Source: Chiloscyllium plagiosum (Eukaryota). Taken from it: a stretch of DNA of 47,729 bases. The translations under genes and the position numbers were made by a program. Below are positions 12,569-23,109 of this stretch, piece by piece (within the stretch, counting starts at the first letter, position 1; each line of letters opens with the position of its first letter). The stretch is taken from the NCBI RefSeq assembly GCF_004010195.1, contig NC_057755.1:7244252-7291980 (forward strand), read 5' to 3'. The notes beneath the pieces are model-generated. The model did no database searches. It was not told the origin of the DNA and worked only from the letters and a program-made list of their open reading frames with translations.

Positions 12569-14466
12569 TGACTTGGACTTTTGTTAACTCATTCTTAGCC
12601 AGGTTAATTACCAAGCCGGCCTTTTAAAGTCGATCAAAGAATTCAGATAGATGATCCAAATGTTCCTTCTATGTGTGGCAGAACTGTTTGGGCGAAGTTC
12701 AGAGCATAGAATTAGATAAGTGAATTGTTTTAACTGTGGCCTACAGAAAGTTTGCAGCAGTGAGTAGAGTGGGTTATTTCTTAATTATATGATTTTTGTG
12801 ATATGTCTCTTGATTAAACTTAAAATATAAGCCATAACTATTAATTTAACCTGATGCAGTGTTTTGTAGAGGAATTAGACGGTGTTACTTTCTGGGTCTG
12901 TAGATTGTGAAGGAGCAAATATGGCGCTTAGTAGAGTGATATGCGCTTTTTGCCGGAAGTGGGAGTTTGAAGAGAGTTGAAGGGTTATTGCGGATTATAT
13001 CTGCAATAAATGCTGTTGGTTGCGAATCTTATCAGATCGAATGGATTGGTTGGACAGACAGTTAGAAGCAATGAGGAATATTCAACAGCGACAGCATATG
13101 ATGGATGGCAGTTATAGGAAGGGGGAAAAGTCTCCGATACAGTCACATAGATGGGTTAACTCCAGGAAGGGTAAGAGAGGTTGGCAGCTAGTGCAGGAGT
13201 CTTTTGTAGCTATCCGCATTTCAAACAAGTATGCTGTTTTGAAAAATGTAGCGGGTGATGGATTCTCAGAGGAACGTGCATGAACAGCCAGGTTTCTGGT
13301 ATTGAGGCTGGCTCTAATGCAACGAGGGGTGCGTCGGGTGTTACGGGATTCTCTAGTCCGAGATACAGACAGACGTTTAAGTCGCCAGCAGAGAAAAATC
13401 AGAATGATGTGTTGCTTCCCTCGTGCCCGGATCAAGGATGTCGCAGATAGGGTGCAGAATGTACTCAAGGAGGAGAGGGGCCAGCAAGAACTCATTGTCC
13501 ACATTGGAACCAACGACACAAGAAGGGAAATGGTTGAGATTCAGAAGGGAGATTACAGAGAGTTTTTAACTTTCCAAACATAGACTGGGATTGCCATAGT
13601 ATTATGGAGTTAGATGCAGAGGAATTTTTTAAGTGTGTACTAGAATTTTTTTCTGATTCAGTATGTGAATGCACCTATGAGAGAAGTCCAAAACTGGACC
13701 GACTCTTGGAAAATAAGGCAGGGCAGGTGACTGAGGTGTCAATGGGGAGACTTTGGGGCCAGCGACCATAATTCTATTAGATTCAAAATAGTGATGGAAA
13801 AGGATAGACCAGATCTAAAAGTTGAAGTTCTAACTTGGAGAAAGGCCAATTTTGACAGTATTAGGCAAGAACTTTTCAAAAGCTGATTGGAGGCAGATGA
13901 TCGCAGGTAAAGGGACGGCTGGAAAATGGGAAGCCTTCAGAAATGAGATAACGAGAATCCAGAGAATGTATAATCCTGTCAGGGTGAAAGGAAAGACTGG
14001 TAGGTATATGGAATGCTGGATGACGAAAGAAATTGAGGGTTTTGTTAAATAAAAGAAGGAAGCATATGTCAGGTATAGACAGGATAGATCGAGTGAATCC
14101 TTAGAAGAGTATAAAATGCAGAACGAGTATAATTACGAGGGAAATCATGAGGGAAAAAAGGGGACATGAGATAGCTTTGGCAAATAGAATTAAGGAGAAT
14201 CCAAAGGGTTTTTACAAATACATTAAGGACAAAAGCGTAACTGAAGAGAGAATAGGGCCCCTCAAAGATCAGCAAGGCGGCCTTTATGTGGAGCCACAGG
14301 AAGTGGAGGAGATATTAAACGAGTATTTTGCATCAGTATTTACTGTGGAAAAGAATATAGAAGATGTAGACTGTAGGAAAATAGATGGTGACATCTTGCA
14401 AAATGTCCATTTTACAGAAGAGGAAGTGCTGGATATTTTGAAATGCGTAAAAGTGGATAAATGTCC

Positions 14467-14684
14467 AGAGCTGAAAATGTGTTGCTGGAAAAGCGCAGCA
14501 GGTCAGGCAGCATCCAAGGAGCAGGAGAATCGACATTTCGGGCATAAGCCCTCATTCCTGAAGAAGGGCTTATGCCCGAAACGTCGATCCTCCTGCTCCT
14601 TGGATGCTGCCTGACCTGCTGCACTTTTCCAGCAACACCATGTCAGCTCTGATCCCCAGCATCTACAGTCCTCACTTTCTCCTC
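14467..14684. mobile_element. Penelope family A palindromic insertion into CR1, with ~13-bp TSD
   Basis: Inverted arms at ~14467-14551 and ~14566-14650. GATAAATGTCCAG (14456-14468) and GATAAATGTTCAG (14685-14697) flank it and interrupt the CR1 VDK-x-PG motif. Confidence 0.85.
14553..14590 (+). ncRNA. Minimal type I hammerhead ribozyme motif
   Basis: CUGAAGA-A-GGGC-UUAU-GCCC-GAAA-CGUC at 14558-14585. Confidence 0.65.
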
Positions 14685-15639
14685 GATAAATGTTCAGGAC
14701 CAACCAGGTATATCCTAGAACTCTGTGGGAATCTAGAGAAGTGATTGCTGCATTCAGATCGCCTTTGGGCACATTTTCAATCTCTCTTTGAACTAGAGCC
14801 AATTTTCCGTATGAATTCGATAAGGATTTTTTAAAACTGGAGCAGCATTTCAGTAGTCGACATCATGAATAATCATGTTATAACTTCACAGCTTATTCTC
14901 GCATACCTCTCCATATGAATTTTACAACTCTTTCAGGTCACTTCAAATTCCTCTGTAAGGTAACTCCAAAATTCATTCCAATTATAGCGAATTCCCTCGT
15001 TCTTCAATTTAATTTGAAGAATATCAAATTCAAATTTATGCGAATTTTGTTCTTCAGTCCACGTTATAACAAATATTACTTTCTACTTTTGTGTTTCTTC
15101 CCTGTCAAAATAACATTTCAGTATATTCACATGACACAATTCACCTGACTCAATTTCCTTTTCATTTGATAATGGCCCACTAAATCTGTCTTTTAAATGT
15201 TCAACCACCACTTCTAGCAGCACTAACACTTCATCTCCTCTGGTGAAACTATACATTTTTGATTTCATATCTGCTTCCTGTTTCACCACATGCTACTCGA
15301 CGTTAATCAAAACACACTTTATTCTTACACCCAGTTAATATACGAACAAAAGAAAGGAGAATTAGCATAACCTCAATTCTTTTGGGAAAGATAACAGAAT
15401 AATAGACTATTTAACCGCTAAACATCAACTGCTCCAAATACTAACATCACGTAAACACACCATTGGCAAAGGTAAATAGGGAGAGAGAACTCCAGCTTTT
15501 TGCTGTGGTTGAGAGATATGTATAACCACTTCCGAAGTCAATTCAAAACCCAAGCAACCGAAAGCTAAGTGAGAGATAACTATTTGAAGTTGGCTAAGAC
15601 TGATCAGGATTTGCTGGAGAAGATTATCATCTTTGGTTT

Positions 15640-15965
15640 CAGTCATTCACAGGATGTGGGTGTTGTTGTGTACACATTCATTTATTGCCCATCCCAAAAG
15701 TACAGTTAAGAGTCGAACTCATTGTTCTAGTACTGGACTAACATGGGGATCAGAACATATAAGACTTCATGATTCACTTCCTTAGAGGACATTAGTGAAC
15801 CAGATAGATTTTCTGACAGCGAGCAACACTTACGTGGTCATCAGAATGCTTGAAAAATTAAAATGCAATCGTTTTTCATTGTGAGATTTGAACTCGATTC
15901 TACAGAATATTGTCACTGTTTCTTGACTAATGATGCAGCAACAATGTTATTAAGTGATTCCCTCC
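15640..15965 (-). mobile_element. Degenerate DeuSINE/SacSINE1-like SINE
   Basis: Homologous to 1800-2112 and 40995-41200. Confidence 0.55.
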
Positions 15966-16396
15966 CTCTTGAAAAAAAATCGCAAATCTGGAGAAGTTGA
16001 AAAGCTTAAAATAGGGTAGTTAAGTTAACAAGACTGCAGAAACCATTGGATATGGGAGCAGGAGTAGCCAGTTAGACCCTCGACCTTGCCCTGTCGTTCA
16101 ATTGCATCATGACATTCCTCACATCCACTTTCCTACCCATGCTCCATGCCCGAATGGTCAAGAACTTGCCACTTCCAGATAAACAGCTGCCCACACAAAT
16201 CTCTACAACAAGAATTTCCAATGCTTCACAACATTCTCAGCAAAACAAAAAAATCCTCATCTCAGCCATGTATGAGTGATCACATCTTGAAGATCTCTGA
16301 AAGGGCATGATGGGGTTAATGTTGAGATAATACCTCACAACATGGGAGAATCTCGAACCGGAGAACACAATCCAAGAGAACAGGAGTGTCAATGTA

Positions 16397-16752
16397 AGTG
16401 ACATTAAGTGAGAGGTCAATGAATTGTCTCGATGGAGGTTGACATAGAAGTCAGATCAGTGACGTATCTCGACGGAGAATGACAATAGAATCGAGGCCAT
16501 TGATGCATCCGTTTGGATAGTGACAATAAGATTGAGGTCAGTGATATATCGGGATGGACAGTGACAATAAGACAGGTCGGTGATGTATCCGGACGGAGAG
16601 TGACAATAAAGTCGAGGTCAGTGATATATTAGGATATCCAGTAACAATAAGACAGGTCGGTGATGTATCCGGACGGAGAGTGACAATAAAGTCGAGGTCA
16701 GTGATATATTAGGATATCCAGTAACAATAAGAGTGAGGTCGGTGATGTATTG
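16397..16752 (+). repeat. ~41-bp minisatellite, about 9 units, with an exact 80-bp dimer duplication
   Basis: Units start near 16412, 16452, 16493, 16534, 16573, 16614, 16653, 16694 and 16735. Consensus is approximately GAGGTCAGTGATGTATCCGGATGGACAGTGACAATAAGANT. 16564-16643 equals 16644-16723. Confidence 0.92.
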
Positions 16753-17247
16753 GTTGCAATAAATGGAGATCTCAGGATGAGGCTATTTGGATTTTAGTGG
16801 GCAGCAGAAGTATTGGCAGATTACTGATTCTTTATTTTTCTTTATTTAGTTATGATGACCTCTGTCTTGTTCTCACTCACCTTCCGTGCTCTCACTCATC
16901 CAGCCCCCCCCCAAACTCTTCACTATCTCACCATTCTACTTTCTCTTTTTTTCTGAGTGTTTCTTTCCCCCCCTTTCATCATCCATCGCTGGATATTTCC
17001 CAATCAATCCCAGTATTCCAGATGTTGAGAAGGAAGGGTCTGCAGGAACAGTTGTGGCTGTTTCTAATTCAACAAGTAGATTATTTTAATGTTCATCTGG
17101 TACTTTCATGATCTTTATTGTTGCTCGTCACGTTATAATTCAACACTTCTTCACCAATATTCTTCTTTGTGATGAAGACTGATTGCAAATGTTTCTTGGG
17201 CAACGTCTCCACCGCTAGTCTGCGTGAACTGAACTGATGTTAATTGC

Positions 17248-17297
17248 CCAATTAAAAACATAAGTTCACACTTGGTCAACAACTATGCTATAAAAAG
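17248..17297 (+). promoter_or_regulatory. Candidate core promoter of the GPCR gene (CCAAT and TATA box)
   Basis: CCAAT at 17248-17252 and TATAAAAAG at 17289-17297; the TATA starts 84 nt upstream of the ATG. Confidence 0.6.
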
Positions 17298-17372
17298 GAA
17301 GCCCTGTTACAGCTCCCAACCATTCTCATCTAAAGGATACAACGAAGCATAAAGTGAGCATTCTTCTGAAGA

Positions 17373-17442
17373 ATGGTGCGTCCTATAATTTTACAGATAA
17401 AGGATATCTTCTATCCTATGCTTGCAGCCTTTGGTGTTCCAG
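17373..17442 (+). CDS. GPR139-like class A GPCR, coding exon 1 (MVRPIILQIKDIFYPMLAAFGVP + 1 nt)
   Basis: ATG at 17373, 23 codons plus G, then donor CAG|GTATGT. The phase-1 join to exon 2 gives TM1 FYPMLAAFGVPANLLATVIL, matching the GxPAN motif of GPR139/142-type receptors. Confidence 0.88.
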
Positions 17443-17446
17443 GTAT

Positions 17447-17590
17447 GTTCTGCAAAAGGATCACTGGGCTAGAAACTTTAACTCAGTTTCTCTCTCGACA
17501 TATCCAGCCTTCCCAGCTGCGTTTATGAAACGGCTTTTGTTTGATTCTTTCGGATCTCCATCATCCACTGTTCTTCATTTTATTTAATTA
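17447..17590 (+). mobile_element. Degraded Penelope-like end (family C) right after the exon 1 donor
   Basis: GTTCTGCAAAAGGATCACTGGGCTAGAAACTTTAACTCAGTTTCTCTC resembles 27168-27295 (-) and 46607-46700 (+). Confidence 0.5.
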
Positions 17591-18019
17591 CTACATCTTG
17601 TTGTCTAATACTCGCTGTTGAACACTTTGTGAATCCTTATGTAACAATGTACATAGGAACACAATAGGCCAGTCTGCCTGTACAGCCTGTTCCTCCTTTC
17701 AATGAAGTAATCTTTAGTCTGTGACTTAACTAAATTGACTTGCTTTCAGCCCGTCCAGTTTAACAAAAGTATTATCAATTTTCTTTGAAAACGAAAAACT
17801 GATCGAGTTTGTGAGAGTTCTAAAATTCTCCCATTCGTTGTGTGGAGAAATGTGTCCCAGTGTCTTGCTTTCACTGTTTTAAAGTTGGGACTCACACTTT
17901 GAGCAAGTGATGAGAGTTTTTTCTCTTCCTTTGTCTCTCTTACTCTCTCTATCTCTCTGTCGCTCTGTCTCTCTGTCTCTCTCTCCCTATCTCTCTCTCT
18001 CGGGATCATACGAATTTGG

Positions 18020-18230
18020 CTTTCACTGCGTCAGGATGTGTTGGAGACAAAATAGTTGAATATTTTCAAGACCGGTGTTGATAGATTCCTATTTGGCTAG
18101 GGGATCGAGGGTTATTTGAAATTAATAGAAACGTGGAGTTCAAAACCCAGCAGAACAGCAGGATCTTACTGAATAGCATAGCAAGCTCGAGGGGATGAAT
18201 GGACTACCCATGTTTATGATCCTAATTTCA
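18020..18230 (+). mobile_element. Old CR1 3'-end fragment
   Basis: Similar to CR1 3' ends elsewhere in the window (e.g. 33510-33860). Confidence 0.55.
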
Positions 18231-18469
18231 TGCAAACAGAGATATGTGCATTGAGCTGTAGAACCTGTTTATTGATTCACGTAGAAAAATGACCGCCCAA
18301 CAAAGAGAATCTTTTCAGAATTAATTTATTTCTTTAAATATTTTCTTTCTTACTTCTTGGGACGTGAGACAGCCCTCGTTATTCATCTCGCATTGATTCT
18401 GTTAAAGTAGTGGTGAGGCTTCCGCTTGAAGTATTGATTTTAATTTCTTTGATTTGATTTACAATTGTC

Positions 18470-18843
18470 TGATACACCTTTGTACAGTGAAAGGTTTCGT
18501 TTTATTTGAAGTGCAGGCAGAGGATACCAGAAAAAAAGTGCACTTGGTGAATCCAACACAACAAAGTATGCAGAACTACTGCTGCAGAGAAGATGCACAG
18601 AAAAAGAGAACAACTTTAAATTAAGAATTTGAGAATTCTATTACCTTCTGCCTGATGGAAGAGGGTCGAAGAGATTGTAACTGGAATGGGTTGATTTTCT
18701 GAAGCAGTGGGAACTGTAGATGGAGCCAATAGATGAAAAGCTACTTTGTGTGATGGATTAGGCTGTGTTCACGACTCTCTGTAGTTTCTTGGGGTTTGGG
18801 GAACAGCAATTGTGAAACCACAATGTGATTCACCCAGACAGAA
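18470..18843 (-). mobile_element. Degraded non-CR1 LINE 3' fragment (L2/Rex-like)
   Basis: Recognised only loosely by recall; no intact motif. Confidence 0.3.
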
Positions 18844-18844
18844 T

Positions 18845-21650
18845 ACAACACAGAACAGCCCCTATGGCCCTCGATGCTGCACCAACCTGTGAACTAATCT
18901 AAGCCCATCCCCCTAGACTATCATCATCATCATACAGATGGTTATTCAAGGATTGTTAAATGCCCCTAATGTGGCTGAGTTAACGGCATTGGCAGGCAGG
19001 GCATTCCACACCATTACCACTCTCTGTGTAAAGAACTTGCCTCTGACATCTGTCTTAAATCTCTCACCCCTTAATTTGCAGTTATGCCCTCTTGTACAAG
19101 CCAACGTCAACATCCGAGGAAAAAGACTTACACTGTCTACTGTATCTAATCCTCTGATCATCTTGTGTGTCTCTATCAAATCCCCTCTTCGTCTTCTTCT
19201 CTCCAATGAGAACAGCGCCAGGTCCCACAGCCTTTTCCTGATAAGACCTTCCCTCCAGACCAGGCAACATCGTGGTAAATCTCCCCTGCACCTTTTCCAA
19301 CGCTCCCACATCCTTCCTGTAATGGGCCGACTAGAACTGTACACAATAGTCCAAGTGAGGCCGCACCAGCGTTTTGTACAGTGTTAGCATGACATCAAGG
19401 CTCCAGAATTCAATTCCTCTACTAATAAAACCTAAAACTCCTTCTTAATAGCACTATCAACCTGGGTGGCCACTTTCAGGGTTATATGTACGTGGACTCC
19501 ATGGTCCCTCTGCACGTCCACGCTATCAAGAATCGTTCCATTGATCCAGTATTCTGCCTTGCTGTTTTCTTCCCAAAGTGAATCACCTCGCACTTATCTG
19601 TATTAAACGCCATTTGCCACCTGTCAGTGCAGTCCTGCAGTTTATCCAAGTCTTCCTGCACCTGCAACATTCTTCCACAGTGTCCACCACTCCACCGACC
19701 TTACTGTCATCCGCAGACTTACTAACCTATCCACCTATACCTGTGTCCAAGTCATTTATAAAAATGACAAACAGCAGCGGTCCAAAAACAGATCCTTCTG
19801 GCACACCAGTATTAACAGGACTCCACTCCAGGCTGAATATTTTCCATCAAACACCACTTGCTGCCTTCTTTCAGAAAGCCCGTGAATGATCCAAACTGCT
19901 AAATCACCCTTAAACCCATGTCTTCGCATTTTCTCCAAAAGCTTACCACGTGAAGCCTTATCAAGGGCTTTGCTGAAGTCCACGCACATCAAATCAACTG
20001 CCCTACCCAAATCCATATGCTTGGTCACCTTCTAAAAATGAAACGTAATGAAATGTGTGCGACGCGACCTGCCCTGGACGAAACTATGCTGATTATGTCA
20101 AATTAAATTGTTGCTTGCTCGATGATAATCAATCCTGTCTCTTATAATCCTTTCCAAAATCTTTCCTACAACATACATAAGGCTCACTGATCAATAATTA
20201 CCTGGGTCACCTCTACTGCCCTTCTTGAACAAGGGCACAACATTTGTAATCCCCCAGTCCTTTGGTACTAAACCTGTAGACAATAACGACTGAAAGATCA
20301 AGACAAAAGCTTCCACCATACCCTCCCTAGCTTTCCAGAGAATAATCGGATAAATACCATTCGGCCCAGGGGACCTATCTATTTTCACACCTTCTAGATT
20401 TGATAACACCTCCTCCTTACGAACCTCAAACCTTTCTGGTATAATAGCCCGTATTTCAGTCTTCTCCTCTACAATATTCTCCTTTCTCTGAGTAAAATCA
20501 GATGATAAATATTCGTTTAACATCTCTTCGATCTCCACAGGGTCCACACACAACTTTCCACTTCTGTCTTTGACTGGTCCTATTCCTATCCTCGGCATCC
20601 TTTTATTCCTTGCATACGTATAGAAAGTGTTTGGGTTCTCCTTTATTCTATTTGCTAAAAACTGCTCATGTCCCCTCCCTGCTCTTCTTAACTCTCTCTT
20701 TAAATACCTCCTGACTAATCTGTAACTCTCCATTGCCTCATCTGAACCATCTCGTCTCAGCGTCATATAAGCCTCCCTCTTCTGCTTAACAAGAGATACA
20801 ATTTCTTTAGTAAACCACGGTTCCCTTAACTTTTCACTTCATCCCTGCCTGACAGGGACATATCTATCAAAGACACATAATACCTGTTCCTTAAAACAGC
20901 TCCGCATTTCGATTGCCCCCATCCCCTGCACTTTGCTGCCCCATTCTATGCCTCTTAAGTCTTGCCTAAATGCAATATAATTGCCCTTCCCCCCTCTATA
21001 ACTCTTGCCCTGTGGCATGTACCTATCCCTTTCCATCGCTAAACTAAACGTAACCGAATTATGGTCACTCTCTCCAAAGTGCACACCTACAACTAAATCA
21101 AACACCTGGCCTGGTTCATTCCCAAGTACCACATCCAGTGTGGCCTCCCCTCTTGGTGGCCCTTCGACATACTGTGTCAGGAAACCCTTCTGCACACATT
21201 GGACAAAAATTAATCCATCCGACGTACTAGAGTTATAGCATTCCCAGTCAATGTTGGGCAAGTTAAAGTTTCGCATAATGACCACCCTATTCCTTTCATC
21301 CCTGCCCAGAATCGTTTTTCCAATCCTCTCCTCCATATCCCTGGAACTTTGTGGAGGCCTATAAAAAAACTCCCAGCAATGTGACCTCTCCTCTTCCGTT
21401 TCTAACCTCAGCAGATACCACATTAGTAGTCGAGTCGTTGTCAAAAGTTCTTTCAGCCACCGTTATACTGCCCTAGACTAATAAAGCCAAACCGTCCCCT
21501 CTTTTACCCCCCTCCCTGATCTTAATGAAAAATCCGAACCCTAGAACCTGCAGCATCCATTCCCGACCCTGCTGTATTCATTTCTCCGAAATGGCCACAA
21601 CATCGAAGTCCCAGTTCATGCTGCAAGCTCACCTACCTTATTCTGAACAC
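18845..21650 (-). mobile_element. CR1 LINE ORF2 (endonuclease and RT) in the GPCR intron, antisense, decayed
   Basis: FYRPPQSS, NFNLPNIDW, LDVVLGNEPG, SDHNSV, NVVPLFKKGSRGDPGNY, DFSKALDK and LERRRRRGDLIE motifs across several frames. Confidence 0.92.
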
Positions 21651-21874
21651 TCACTGGCAATGATTCCATTTTCATCATTAGCTGCTTAATTTCAGATTTT
21701 ACTTAATTCGGATTTAATGAATTCAAATTCAAATTTCTATTTCAGGCTCGTATCAGAATCGCCTGAATATAATTTGTGTTTATCTATTCATAACCTAATG
21801 GTAATGCTACTTAATCATCACCTTCCGTATTTTGTGTGAACTCTAACTTATCTATTTTTCTCACTTTCTTACAG

Positions 21875-22821
21875 CAAACCTCCTGGCCACTGTGATTCTC
21901 GCGAGAGGAAACTGCGGACTTTCCAAATGTATTTCAGTCTACATGCTGGCGATGGTCACAGCAGATCTGATGGTCATGCTCGTTAATGTCATTTTGTTTC
22001 ACATTTTGTACAAACGGCTGCCAAATTCTTTCCTTTTCTACACTGTAGTTATCAAGCTAATATTGTACATGAACTGCACCAATGTGTATCTGTCGGTGTG
22101 GTACACAGTCTGCTTCACCTTTGACCGATTTATAGCTATATGCTGTCAGAAACTTACAACGAAGTATAACACAGTGAAATCTGCATCCACGGTCATAATA
22201 ATTGTCTCGGTCCTGGTATATTTAGGGAACATCCCTTTTTGGTTTGCATATGAAAAACAACACACAATTAACAATATTCACTGGGGATTCCGTCCCAATG
22301 TGAACTTTCTCACATCGCCCATAGGTGGAATGTACTCCAGGTTACAAAATGTTTTAGTTACTTGGATTCCTTTCATTTTGATATTTGTATTTAATGGTTT
22401 GACTGCCAGACATATTGTAGTAAGCAATACTATTCGCAAGAGACTCTGGATTCAGAAGGCTGAAAATCAGAATGATCCAGAAATGATAAATCGAAGGAAA
22501 TCGATTGTTTTACTCTTTGTGGTGTCAGGCAGTTTTATATTGCTAAATATGACATCTGCAGTCAGTTCTTTGATCAACACCTTGGTTGTGCTTGACCAAA
22601 TGCACTATACCTCCACCCCATACATTGCCACTGAGACTGGATATCTGTTCACCCATTTGAGTTCTTGTACAAATACATGCATCTATGCAATGACGCAAAG
22701 CAAATTCAGGGCAGAGCTACAGAAGGTGCTGAAATCCCCTTGGATACATTTCTTGATAATCGTCAAACGATTCAAAAAAACACTGCAAGCTTTTGTATCC
22801 TATTTAGAGCTCAAATTTTGA
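21875..22821 (+). CDS. GPR139-like class A GPCR, coding exon 2 (rest of TM1 through C-terminus; 338 aa spliced)
   Basis: Polypyrimidine tract and CAG acceptor ending at 21874, with branch-like CTAAC at 21843. Open frame to TGA at 22821. Motifs LAMVTADL (TM2), FTFDRFIAIC (TM3), WIPF (TM5), RRKSIVLLF (TM6), TNTCIY (TM7) and helix 8 SKFRAEL. Orthology to mammalian GPR139 is not established, so no symbol is given. Confidence 0.92.
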
Positions 22822-22996
22822 CCTAGATCCTGTGTACACTGATCATCATTTACGTTTGAAAGAATATTTATATGAAACTCGAGATGTTAACGCTGTATCT
22901 CTCTATATCTCTGTCTCTCTTTGTCTCTGTCCAGACTTCTCCAGCACTCCCTGTTGATATCATTTCATATTTTCACAACTCGCAATTATAGTGTCA

Positions 22997-23108
22997 AGAG
23001 TCCAACAGCAAGGAGATAGATCCTTTGTCCCAAAGCGGTCCATGCCGACCAAAATGTCCACCAATGCGAATTCCACTTCCCTGCACTTGGCCAATACCCT
23101 TCTCTAGT
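22997..23108 (-). mobile_element. 3' tail of an older CR1, continued at 26435-27060
   Basis: CR1-type 3' UTR. The sequence resumes after the 23.1-26.4k insert (CCAATACCCTTC vs CCGATATCCTTC). Confidence 0.55.
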
Positions 23109-23109
23109 C

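Larger units (their letters stand above)
12750..14752 (+). mobile_element. CR1 LINE 5' portion (ORF1 zinc finger/coiled coil/SGNH esterase, then partial ORF2), decayed
   Basis: ATG at 12921 gives CAFC..DYICNKC; then DSLVRDTDRR..CCFPRARIKDV..HIGTND. ORF2 NRIKENPKGFYKYIK..IGPLKD..LNEYFASVFT. Truncated near 14750. Confidence 0.88.
11000..15575 (-). mobile_element. Internally deleted Gypsy (Gmr1-like) element, interrupted by Penelope and CR1 insertions
   Basis: Related LTR segments at ~11000-11521 and ~15300-15575. PPT AGGGTGGGGAG then TGTGATG on the minus strand at 11532->11515. Integrase C-terminus (GDEVLVLL..RFSGP..CHVNILKCYFDRE) at 15083-15289. RT/RNaseH remnants at 14760-14900, 12580-12680 and 11700-11900. 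Confidence 0.75.

Noticed and set aside
14467..14684. MITE/DNA transposon or rho-independent terminator
   Set aside because: Arms are asymmetric with a one-sided tail, single-arm copies exist, the TSD is long and the hammerhead core fits Penelope elements. Bacterial terminators are irrelevant here.
16397..16752. CRISPR-like array (regular ~40-bp periodicity)
   Set aside because: Units are contiguous and homologous along their whole length, with no unique spacers and no cas genes; the context is eukaryotic.
21892..22821. Single-exon GPCR starting at GTG 21892, as in the ORF track
   Set aside because: It lacks most of TM1; a canonical acceptor at 21874 and an in-phase upstream exon explain the gene better.
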